A DNA stretch of 64,000 bases from Saprospira grandis DSM 2844. Lineage in GTDB: Bacteria > Bacteroidota > Bacteroidia > Chitinophagales > Saprospiraceae. How positions within the stretch are numbered: position 1 is the stretch's first letter; each line of letters opens with the position of its first letter. Location of the stretch: NCBI RefSeq assembly GCF_000275825.1, contig NZ_JH719942.1:996988-1060987 (forward strand), written 5' to 3'. Under the pieces are notes generated by a model that did not search any database, was not told the DNA's origin, and saw only the letters and a list, made by a program, of their open reading frames with translations. The translations under genes and the position numbers were made by a program. Positions 46,059 through 54,140 of this stretch are shown here, one piece after another.

Positions 46059-47003
46059 ATGATCTCAAATGATATTCACGAATGTTTAGCTGCTGCAATT
46101 ATGGCTGGCAGTCCCACCATCCTCATAGAAGGAAAAGACGATGAAGAAGTCTATACCAATATTAGCAATGAACTAGGGCTAACATTAGAGTTTCTCCCCA
46201 TAGATTTTGTAGACACAACTGGCTATGGGGTTTTGGGTAATTGTGATCAGCTTGTAGCTAGCCTAAGGGACTTAGACAACAGCTGTAAAGACCCTAAATG
46301 GATCAAATTTATTGGTGGAGTTATAGACCTAGATAGTCGCAGCTTTGCCAATCAAATTAGTAGGCCGCCTAGGAATCTATACATATTAAAGATGTATTCT
46401 ATTGAGTCCTACTTTGTTAATCAGGAGAGCTTTATTGCCGTATTCAATAGTCTCAACTCTGCACCTATTTCCAATGCGCTTAAAGACAGTTACTACAATG
46501 ATTTTAATAGCTTCTTTGCCCCTGTAGAAGAGGAGCTTTTTTGGGTGGCTACAGAGGCGCTACAAAATGTTTGTGGGGCTAATCCTAGTCCTGAAATTAC
46601 ATACGGTGTTGACTTTAGTTTTAAAGGCTATATGCAAGCGCCTTCAGTCAACCCTAAGCGGCAGATAGTTGATCGGATTCAAGCTAAAAAGGAAGCTTTA
46701 AGAAGTTGGTTAAACAATGCTTTTAGTACTGCCGTTATACAAAAACAGCTCATCATTAAGGGGAAATGGTGGCTATCCGTTTTTTTAGATATTATTGTTG
46801 AATATGCTAAAAAGCTAGAAGCAGACTGCAGTTTCGCCCCTTCTGGTCCTTGTCGCTATTGTGCTATAGAAGATAAAGGTAACTGTCAATTCAAACTCAA
46901 AGTTAAAAGTCCAACGCCAGCGGCACTTAAGGCAATGGCCTATCAGACCTCCGTATCTGATCAAGATCCTGGGCTCTGCAATTTTCTGGAGTTGTTTAAT
47001 TAA
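46059..47003 (+). CDS. Small TOPRIM-like protein (DUF4435/AriB-like) coupled to the upstream ATPase
   Basis: PTILIEGKDDEEVY (TOPRIM Glu in an hEG motif) and, ~65 aa later, IGGVIDLDS (DxD). 12-bp gap from the upstream ATPase. The track ORF begins at TTG 46056; ATG 46059 preferred. Confidence 0.5.
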   Translation: MISNDIHECLAAAIMAGSPTILIEGKDDEEVYTNISNELGLTLEFLPIDFVDTTGYGVLGNCDQLVASLRDLDNSCKDPKWIKFIGGVIDLDSRSFANQISRPPRNLYILKMYSIESYFVNQESFIAVFNSLNSAPISNALKDSYYNDFNSFFAPVEEELFWVATEALQNVCGANPSPEITYGVDFSFKGYMQAPSVNPKRQIVDRIQAKKEALRSWLNNAFSTAVIQKQLIIKGKWWLSVFLDIIVEYAKKLEADCSFAPSGPCRYCAIEDKGNCQFKLKVKSPTPAALKAMAYQTSVSDQDPGLCNFLELFN

Positions 47004-47049
47004 AAAGCAAAGCCGCCAGCTTATTTATATAAGCTAACGACTTTATACC

Positions 47050-47562
47050 CTACTCCAAATTCCACCAAAGCTTCCCCCCTACTCCCCCATCCGCTCCAAT
47101 TTCTAGCTCCCAAATACTACCCAAAGGCGTATGGCAACCATAGGGACAAGTATAGGGGTAGTCGAGTAGCTCTTTCTTGGGGTCCAAATACTCCAAAATC
47201 ATATTGATGGGCCCACAATGGCTAAAGATGACCGCGGGCCGAGCCCACAACTGCTCCTCCTCCCCCCGATACCAATCCTGCACTCTTTGTTCTAATGACT
47301 CATGCGGCTCTATTTCTTTCTCTCTTTCTCTTAATGCCTGCACTATCTTCGGCTGCAAAGCTGGCACAAGCTGGGCATAGGGCGCATAGGTTTGCCCTAC
47401 CCGCAAATAATCGCTACAATATACGGCCTGAATATCTTTCTTTGCCAAATATTGGGCTATGGCTAGGGCTTGCTTTTGTCCTTTTCTGCCCAAGGCTGGC
47501 CCCGGAAAACCCCGATATTCTTTGGGAGCAGGCTGGGCGTGACGCACTAAATAAAGCTTCAT
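47050..47562 (-). CDS. Histidine phosphatase superfamily protein (phosphoglycerate-mutase-like / SixA-type)
   Basis: MKLYLVRHAQPAP… with the RHA/RHG catalytic His motif at the N-terminus. 170 aa. Last gene of a five-gene minus-strand operon. Confidence 0.65.
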   Translation of the reverse strand: MKLYLVRHAQPAPKEYRGFPGPALGRKGQKQALAIAQYLAKKDIQAVYCSDYLRVGQTYAPYAQLVPALQPKIVQALREREKEIEPHESLEQRVQDWYRGEEEQLWARPAVIFSHCGPINMILEYLDPKKELLDYPYTCPYGCHTPLGSIWELEIGADGGVGGKLWWNLE

Positions 47563-48254
47563 ATTTTATGTTGGCAGTCTCCTTTTTCGTTAATAATTTC
47601 ATGCTCCCCCGCTTGGTTCTGCACCAATGCAAAGCCATTGTAAAAGGGCTCTAGCTGCAAAAACCGACGATTATATACGGGCCGCCCCGCCAAATCGATA
47701 TGCAACCAACCCGCCTCATCTTTGGCCCGAGCAAATCCTTTGTGAAAAACATCTAACTCTAGATAGCGATAAGGATGTAAGGCCCTGCCCTGAGAATCAA
47801 TATGCAAACAATAACCATCGGCCTGACGAACACAGGCGTAGCCATCTCTAAAGTCGCCCGCATAGCAATAACGCGCCCCATAAAGCGGATCTCCCTGCAG
47901 ATCAATATGGAAGTATTCGCCGCCTTTTCGGACCGTGCAAATGTCTTGCTGATAGTTGCCACACCAGTCATAACGCTCCCCATAAATGGCATGTCCTTTT
48001 GTGTCTATATGAAACTGCCCTTGCTCAGAACAGACCGCCGCCCGATCACAATAATAACCAAAGGTCCGCAAATACCGCTGAGGGTATATAGCCACTCCAG
48101 TTGTATCAATATGATAACTACCACTATGATCTTCTACAGGCGCCAAACCCGGCGCATGAAACTTTAATACCGACTTAAAAGGGCCAAAAATAGCCCGCTC
48201 TTCCAAGCAAAATCCATTGCCCTCCGCATTGACTTTTATGTTTTTCCAATTCAT
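47559..48254 (-). CDS. WG-repeat-containing protein
   Basis: Five ~38-aa repeats of the form W/F/Y-x-HID-x-x-G-x-x-(V/I/L)Y-x-x-RY…F-x-x-G-(F/Y)A-x-V (e.g. WLHIDLAGRPVYNRRFLQLEPFYNGFALVQNQAG). 4-bp overlaps with both neighbours. Confidence 0.5.
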   Translation of the reverse strand: MNWKNIKVNAEGNGFCLEERAIFGPFKSVLKFHAPGLAPVEDHSGSYHIDTTGVAIYPQRYLRTFGYYCDRAAVCSEQGQFHIDTKGHAIYGERYDWCGNYQQDICTVRKGGEYFHIDLQGDPLYGARYCYAGDFRDGYACVRQADGYCLHIDSQGRALHPYRYLELDVFHKGFARAKDEAGWLHIDLAGRPVYNRRFLQLEPFYNGFALVQNQAGEHEIINEKGDCQHKI

Positions 48255-49222
48255 CTTTTCTCAAATATCAATATAGATTGTAAATCATTTAAGGGGCGCT
48301 TTTCTAAATAAATAAAGCCTGTTTGCTCCGCCAATTTCCGATAGGCCGCTAAGGTCCGCTCTTGGCTCTTACAAATGGCCAACATGTTCAAACTAAGCAG
48401 CTCGGCCCCATCGGCTAGCTGCTCTTTTAGGATTTCTAAGATATACAAGCGCCCTCCTTTTGGCAAGGCGGCATAAACGTTTTCCAATATTTTCAAGGCC
48501 GCTTCATCTGGCCAATCATGTAGTACTCTAGCCAGAAAAATATGCTCGGCGACTTGGGGAATAGGCGCAAAAAAATCTACAGGAATAGGCCGAAAAGGCA
48601 AGTCTCCCGCTGGCAATAAAGCCAATACCTTGGGCTTGTCTAATAAATAAAATGTAGGCCCAGGATAAACTCTCGCCAAGTCCTTGAGCAAAGCCCCCAA
48701 ACCGCCGCCAAGGTCCATTACAGCTTTGGCTTCCGACAAATCTAATTGCTCAGCCAAATTTGCATAATCATCCCGCGCATACTCATTCATGGCCAAATGA
48801 TACACCCGATTGCTCTCGGGATGCTCATCCAAATAATCAAAAAAAGGCTGCCCGTAAATATGGTCAAAGGCAGGTTTGTCTTCTAAAACACTATAGGCCA
48901 AATGCTGCCAAGCCCGCAAATGCTCCTCCCCCCAAAGCAAACAAGCATACTTCAAACTTTTAGGATGTTCCTCCGCCAGCTGCGCCCCTTTTTTAGCCAA
49001 AATATACTGCCCATTTTCTTCTGTTAAGGCCTCCAATTGCTCCAATGCCGCCAATAATAACTGCAAACTTGCCCGCTTGGCCCCTAGCTTTTCGGCCAAA
49101 TTGGCCAAACTAAGCGGCCCCTCCCAAAGCAGATCAAATACCCCCAACTGACAGGCGGTCCGCAAGGGCAAATAATGCCAATAACTGCTAAAACTATTCT
49201 TCAACTCCTGACTAATACTCAT
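48251..49222 (-). CDS. Class I SAM-dependent O-methyltransferase (dimerisation domain plus MTase domain)
   Basis: VMDLGGGLGALLKDLARVYPGPTFYLLDKPKV (motif I) and overall plant-type OMT architecture. The track ORF runs to 49294 through a REP copy; start placed at ATG 49220-49222 (MSISQELKN…). Confidence 0.75.
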   Translation of the reverse strand: MSISQELKNSFSSYWHYLPLRTACQLGVFDLLWEGPLSLANLAEKLGAKRASLQLLLAALEQLEALTEENGQYILAKKGAQLAEEHPKSLKYACLLWGEEHLRAWQHLAYSVLEDKPAFDHIYGQPFFDYLDEHPESNRVYHLAMNEYARDDYANLAEQLDLSEAKAVMDLGGGLGALLKDLARVYPGPTFYLLDKPKVLALLPAGDLPFRPIPVDFFAPIPQVAEHIFLARVLHDWPDEAALKILENVYAALPKGGRLYILEILKEQLADGAELLSLNMLAICKSQERTLAAYRKLAEQTGFIYLEKRPLNDLQSILIFEKR

Positions 49223-49246
49223 CTTTTTCTGTTCTACATGATTTGA

Positions 49247-49372
49247 TTTTGGGGCCTCCTGCCTACGGCAGGCGCTACGCTTTGGGGCTCGCAAGTCTGC
49301 TCGGCCCTTCGGCGGCTTTGCCGCCTCGGTCTGGCCTAACGGCCACCCCGCCGCATCGCTAGGCCAAAAAAG
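49247..49372. repeat. REP/MITE-like element inserted inside the operon between the radical SAM and OMT genes
   Basis: ttttggggcctcctgcctacggcaggcgctacgctttggggctcgcaagtctgctcggcccttcggcgg … ggccaccccgccgcatcgctaggcc. Confidence 0.8.
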
Positions 49373-49403
49373 GCCTGCGGCTGAGCTAGAGAGCTAAAAC
49401 CGC

Positions 49404-50429
49404 CTACTTCCGCATCGTACAGCCTTGGCAAAGGGGCTTTTCCTTATAATTTTCAACCAACTCTAAGTAGGCTTTGCTTTGCAGGACCTCCACAAGGCTG
49501 CGGTCCTGAATATTACCAAAGTCGCCTAAGGCTTGCCGCTGCTCATCAGGGGCGCAGCAAGGCGATATTTTCCCCGTGGCCGAGACCCAAAGTTCTTTAT
49601 TTAGAAACGGACAGTCGTAGTCTTCCGGGACCGCCTCTGCTGCGCCTGCAGTTAGCGGGACAATATTTTCTAGTAAAACAGCTTTGCCATTGGGCAGTAA
49701 ATATTGGTCTCTAGCCGCATAGGCCTCTTCTACATATTGGTTCCATTGGGCCATGCTTTGGGCATCCTTACGGAAAGATAAGTCCTTGATTTCATCAAAA
49801 TGATCCCACAACTGATGCCCTTTTACCCGATCTACGCCAAGACTAGCCGCTAGCTTAATAATATCGGCCAGTTCCTGCATATTGTTTTGCATAAAGGTCA
49901 ATTGGAAACTTACTCGGCAATAATAGCCCGTTTCTGCAAAATGCTGGTCTCGTACAGCCACAAAGCGACGGACATGATCTACACACTGCTCAAAGTTAAT
50001 CCCTGGCATGACTTCCTCGGCTGTTTTGGCGGTGGCCGCATTCCAAGAGATTTTAATGTCTGTCGTTTGTGGTACAATCAGTTTGGCCCAAACTTCTACG
50101 GGCTTTTTAGGAAAGGTCCCATTGGTGGTGAGGTTAATTTTGATTCCATACTGCTCACTCAAATCAAAGATTTGCTCAAAGCCTTTATACAGCAAGGGTT
50201 CCCCCATCGTAGAGGGGATAATCTCTTTGACGCCCAAGGCTTGGGCCTGCTCAAAAATCTGGACCACCCACTCAAAAGGCATACGGCGACGCTTGACGCC
50301 CGTGTTTTTATAGAGGTCCGCGATAAATGTACTATAAGGACTATGCTCCTCGCACATAATACAATGCAAGTTGCAATCTTCAGGGTTGGTGTCTATGGTA
50401 ATTCGCCAAAAGTCTTTAGGCTTGGACAT
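49404..50429 (-). CDS. Radical SAM enzyme with C-terminal SPASM/twitch-like auxiliary cluster domain
   Basis: CNLHCIMC (Cx3Cx2C) near the N-terminus. Cys-rich C-terminus CPFLN…GKISPCCAP…CQGCTMRK. Confidence 0.85.
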   Translation of the reverse strand: MSKPKDFWRITIDTNPEDCNLHCIMCEEHSPYSTFIADLYKNTGVKRRRMPFEWVVQIFEQAQALGVKEIIPSTMGEPLLYKGFEQIFDLSEQYGIKINLTTNGTFPKKPVEVWAKLIVPQTTDIKISWNAATAKTAEEVMPGINFEQCVDHVRRFVAVRDQHFAETGYYCRVSFQLTFMQNNMQELADIIKLAASLGVDRVKGHQLWDHFDEIKDLSFRKDAQSMAQWNQYVEEAYAARDQYLLPNGKAVLLENIVPLTAGAAEAVPEDYDCPFLNKELWVSATGKISPCCAPDEQRQALGDFGNIQDRSLVEVLQSKAYLELVENYKEKPLCQGCTMRK

Positions 50430-51705
50430 GCAAAATAGCTTTATACTGTTCTAAAATGGTTGCTGTATGTGTTTTAATGTCAGGGACCTCTCCAGCGGCA
50501 TCATAGAGATAGCCTCTTTGGCCCAATTGCTTCATTTCTTCAGGATGTTGGATGGCCCAGGCCATTTGCTCTTGTAGCGATGGACCATCTCGGTGCTTGA
50601 AGAGCAGGCCATTGACCCCATGCGCTACATATTCCGCCATGCCCCCATAATCTGCCGTGATGACCGGCAAACGGGCCGCCTGCGCCTCATGAATCACCAA
50701 AGGAGAGTTTTCGCCCCAAATAGAAGGGACCACAATGGCATCTACCTGAGCAAAAACCTCTTGGACCAAATCTTCATTGGCATAGCCCCCACAAAATGAA
50801 ATCCGCTGACTTTGCGCTGCGCTCATAGCGCTTAAGGCTTTTTGGCTTTGGCTGTCTTTCCAGCCCCAGATTTTTAACTCTGCCCCTTGCGCTAAGCCCT
50901 TAAAGGCCTCTATGAGTAAGTTGACCCCCTTGGCGGGAATATGCGTGCCGATATACCCAAAGCGAAAAGGTCCAGCTTTACGAGCTGTTTTGGGCGGACT
51001 TAAATAATGCGTCGGAAAGCCATAATCTAGATAACTTACTTTTTCCGCAGGCAAGTTAAAATCATGAATAAAGCGATTCATCAGATAGCGAGAGGGCGCA
51101 ATAAAATGATCGACTAGCCCAATAATTTCTCTTGTTTTCTGCATCCGTCGGCCTATCCATCGGCTCCAATAGGCCAGATCTTCGGCTTCTTCTTCTGGAT
51201 GGCCAGAAAAGAGCATTTTGTAGCAAGACTGTGCACATTTTTGGTCCTCTTGGCCCGTACAGAGCTGATAGCAGTTTTGGCCATCAAAGTTGCGCTGTAG
51301 AAACTGACCTCGGGGACACATCAGCCAGAAATCGTGCAAGGTAAAGAGAATGGGCACCCCCGCTTTTTTAAGCGCTTGGACCAAGCCCAAAGACAGATGA
51401 TTAAGATGGCCAATATGAGCCACATCTGGACGGTCTTGGGCCAAAATAGCCGCCAGCTTTTGGTCCACCTGCGGCTGCCAATAGCCATCTTTGTCTCTGG
51501 GCATATTGACCAAATGAAACTCTAGGCCCTGCTCATCTTTAAAAGAACGCAGCTCAAAATCTGGCCGATAAGGTTCCTCCTCTCGGCTGAAAATGGTGAG
51601 CCGATGCCCCTGCCGATGCAGTTCTTGGCAGAGGCTCTGGCTATAGACTTCGGAGCCTGCACTGTAGCCCGGCGGATAGCCATGGATAATTTTTAAAATG
51701 TGCAT
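50416..51705 (-). CDS. GT-B fold glycosyltransferase (family 4-like)
   Basis: C-terminal GT4 donor-binding region …VVPSIWGENSPLVIHEAQAARLPVITADYGGMAEYVAHGVNGLLF… (E-x7-E-like). First gene of the operon, 14-bp overlap with the rSAM gene. Confidence 0.8.
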   Translation of the reverse strand: MHILKIIHGYPPGYSAGSEVYSQSLCQELHRQGHRLTIFSREEEPYRPDFELRSFKDEQGLEFHLVNMPRDKDGYWQPQVDQKLAAILAQDRPDVAHIGHLNHLSLGLVQALKKAGVPILFTLHDFWLMCPRGQFLQRNFDGQNCYQLCTGQEDQKCAQSCYKMLFSGHPEEEAEDLAYWSRWIGRRMQKTREIIGLVDHFIAPSRYLMNRFIHDFNLPAEKVSYLDYGFPTHYLSPPKTARKAGPFRFGYIGTHIPAKGVNLLIEAFKGLAQGAELKIWGWKDSQSQKALSAMSAAQSQRISFCGGYANEDLVQEVFAQVDAIVVPSIWGENSPLVIHEAQAARLPVITADYGGMAEYVAHGVNGLLFKHRDGPSLQEQMAWAIQHPEEMKQLGQRGYLYDAAGEVPDIKTHTATILEQYKAILHVQA

Positions 51706-51743
51706 TTTTTCAATTTATGGTTTAGGGAAGGCTGTTGGGAACT

Positions 51744-51784
51744 AGCTCAAAAGGAGGGTTTTGTCTTTGTGCTCCTTTTGAGCT
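51744..51784. promoter_or_regulatory. Perfect 13-bp inverted repeat agctcaaaaggag-N15-ctccttttgagct in the divergent control region
   Basis: Seen directly. Lies 40-80 bp upstream of the GT4 start codon on the minus strand. Could be an operator or a 5'-UTR hairpin. Confidence 0.4.
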
Positions 51785-51943
51785 CCACTTATTGCAGATA
51801 ATCAAAAGGATGTGCCAAAAAAGAAAAACAACCCAAACAGCTAACAATCAATAATTTACAAAAACAAGCTAATTTAAAGCTGCTGTAAAATTTTGGAATC
51901 TATGTATTTTTTTACAGTTTCAGGATAACTTTAGGGCAATACT

Positions 51944-52103
51944 TAGGCGGCGAAGCCGCCGCAAAGGAGCGAAGCGACTGGCCTAGCGATGTGCAGCAGT
52001 GCGGCGCAGCCGCAGACCCAGCAAAAAACTTGTTTTTTTGTGCAGGGCCGAGCGAACAGCGAGCTGCGAAACGTAGCGCCTGCCGAAGGCAGGAGGCCCC
52101 CAA
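51944..52103. repeat. REP/MITE-like element in the divergent promoter region
   Basis: ggcggcgaagccgccgcaaaggagcgaagcgactggcctagcgatgtgcag … gggccgagcgaacagcgagctgcgaaacgtagcgcctgccgaaggcaggaggccccc. Confidence 0.8.
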
Positions 52104-52122
52104 AAAAACCCTTACTTAATTT

Positions 52123-53955
52123 ATGACCATGGCAAAAGAAAACATTTACATCAGTTGGCATTATACGACCCATGGCACTGCATTTTTGCAGCATCAGTTG
52201 GCGGCATTTTGGCGGGGCGAGCTGCAATTATCGGAAAAGCCCTTGTATAAGGAGGGGCTTTGTCAGTTGGAATTGAGCGAGGCTTTTTCGGCAAGTCGGC
52301 AGCCTGGTTTTTTGTTTGACAGGGTCTATTATTTATGTGCCGAGCAGGCTGTTTTGGACCGTTTATCTCTTCGGCGTTTAAGCTATCGAAAGAACATGTA
52401 TGAGGTAGACAAAGCGGTTGCGGAGACGCAGATGCAGGAGGTTTGGAGAGAGGTGATTGCGCAGGATCTTCCGTCTTGGGTAGATGAGATGGCTTATGTA
52501 AAGGCCCATTATTCCAGTCGTTTGGGCGACTTTGAGGGGCAGATTTGGCGAGATATGCAGCATTACCCTATTGACAGCCAGCTAGCATGGTTTAGGCGAA
52601 AATCGCCTGCTGCGCCTTATTATCGTGCTCGTTTTGAGGCCGTTCATTTTAGTCAGGAAGAGCTGCCGAACTTGCGAGATGAGCAGAGCATTTTGGCTGT
52701 TTTGCAAGGCTTTTTCAAAAATATTTTGGCCCATCATGGAGCCGAGGCCAACTACATCATCAATGTCAGTTTGGGCAGTAATGAAACGCAGGTGGCTTGG
52801 TTTGTTCTGGCCGAGGCGGGGCTTTTGCCCCCCAACTGTCGATTTATCAAGGTCTATGATGTTAAGACCAAAGGCAAAGACCCTCGTTTCAAGAATTTCC
52901 AAATTCAGGAGATTCCCAGCCGCCTAATTTCTAGTTTATCGGCCAACTTATATGAGCATGACAACCTACAATCGCCCTTGCGGCGTTTGGCCGACCTTAA
53001 GATGAAGACCTATATAGAGCAAGGTTTTGCCATATTGATTTTGGGCGAAAGAGGAACGGGAAAGTCCAGAATGATTTCGAGATTGGAGCGAGAAAACCGC
53101 AAGGTATTAGCCATTAATTGTGCTTCTTTTGATGATGACAACAAGGCTGAATCGGAGTTTTTTGGACATGCCAAGGGGGCCTATACGGGGGCAGAGCAAG
53201 CCAAAAAGGGCTTATTTGAAGAAGCTCGGGACGGGATTCTCTTCTTTGATGAAGTGCATCATTTGAGTAAGCGGGTACAGGGCAAACTCATGAAAGCCCT
53301 ACAAACCGATGAGAACAACAATTATCGGTTTCGGCCTATGGGAGACAGTCAGGAACAACAAAGTCAGTTTACTGCTGTTTTTGCTAGCAACAAAAGTATT
53401 GAGGAGCTGCGAGAGCTTTTATTGGCCGACTTCTTTGACCGTATCTCTCAGCTCCTCATTGAGCTGCCCCCACTGCGAGAAAGTCGAGATGAAATTGAAA
53501 AAGACTGGGAAACTGTTTGGACGCAACTGCGCTTTGCGCCTAGCTACCCCTGTCCCAAATCTCCAGAGCTCTTCCGATGGCTCAAAAAGCAGCCCTTATG
53601 GGGCAACTTTAGAGATTTGCAAAAGATAGCCATCTACTATAAGGCCTTTTTAGATTTGCCCAAAGAGGCCCAACAACTAGAGGGGGTAGAGCAGCCCCTA
53701 GACTTTGCAAAAAAGGAATTTAAGGCCTATCATGGGCATTTCCCTAAGCAAACTAAGTTGCCCCGAGCCTTTCAAGAACTCTTTGATCTAGAGCTCATTG
53801 CCTCAGAGACAAAAGAAAAGACCTATAAAATTCTGGAGAAGCGCTATAAAAAGGCCTTAATTGCTTGGGTGGAAGAAAACTTTCCCGCTCAACAGGTTTG
53901 GGAGATTTTGGACATGAGCGAAAGTAGCTACTATAAGATGAAAAAAGAGGGCTAA
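52123..53955 (+). CDS. rtcR: RtcR-family sigma-54-dependent transcriptional regulator (CARF-like N-domain, AAA+ sigma54-interaction domain, Fis-type HTH)
   Basis: N-domain NETQVAWFVLAEAGLLPPNCRFIKVY cf. E. coli RtcR THVAQICWFLLAEARYLPARLIQ. AAA+ ILILGERGTGKSRM…VLAINCASF…FFGHAKGAYTGA (GAFTGA-type) …GILFFDEVHHL. C-terminal HTH VWEILDMSESSYYKMKKEG. No REC domain. Confidence 0.8.
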   Translation: MTMAKENIYISWHYTTHGTAFLQHQLAAFWRGELQLSEKPLYKEGLCQLELSEAFSASRQPGFLFDRVYYLCAEQAVLDRLSLRRLSYRKNMYEVDKAVAETQMQEVWREVIAQDLPSWVDEMAYVKAHYSSRLGDFEGQIWRDMQHYPIDSQLAWFRRKSPAAPYYRARFEAVHFSQEELPNLRDEQSILAVLQGFFKNILAHHGAEANYIINVSLGSNETQVAWFVLAEAGLLPPNCRFIKVYDVKTKGKDPRFKNFQIQEIPSRLISSLSANLYEHDNLQSPLRRLADLKMKTYIEQGFAILILGERGTGKSRMISRLERENRKVLAINCASFDDDNKAESEFFGHAKGAYTGAEQAKKGLFEEARDGILFFDEVHHLSKRVQGKLMKALQTDENNNYRFRPMGDSQEQQSQFTAVFASNKSIEELRELLLADFFDRISQLLIELPPLRESRDEIEKDWETVWTQLRFAPSYPCPKSPELFRWLKKQPLWGNFRDLQKIAIYYKAFLDLPKEAQQLEGVEQPLDFAKKEFKAYHGHFPKQTKLPRAFQELFDLELIASETKEKTYKILEKRYKKALIAWVEENFPAQQVWEILDMSESSYYKMKKEG

Positions 53956-54140
53956 ATAGGATGATTTAGGCCTCCCTTCTCAAGAGCGCTCATGCCTCTA
54001 GCCACTTCTGGATAATCGGCAGCCTGCTGTAAGGCCGCTGTATATTCGGGCCGAAAAAGGCGCAGGGAGTAGGCCGCTCCATTTAGTTCAAATTCTATCT
54101 CTTTCATTTTTTATCTTTGAGTTCACTCAGAATAATTGAC

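Noticed and set aside
47004-47049. Search for an att-site direct repeat of the tRNA-Leu 3' end marking the distal islet boundary
   Set aside because: Only a 5-nt match (cgact) was seen, which is not significant. No integrase or recombinase gene is present, so the islet boundary is defined by composition only.
51800-51830. Sigma54 promoter for the GT4 operon (reverse-complement TGGCAC at 51812..51817)
   Set aside because: The -12 element would be TTGAT at non-canonical spacing, and the conserved GC dinucleotide is missing. It is mentioned only as a weak candidate under the RtcR finding.
53952-54107. 51-codon minus-strand ORF (MKEIEFELNGAAYSLRLF…) between rtcR-like and the M20 gene
   Set aside because: It is below the size threshold, overlaps the rtcR stop, and has no motif and no supporting context. 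Not reportable without expression or conservation data.
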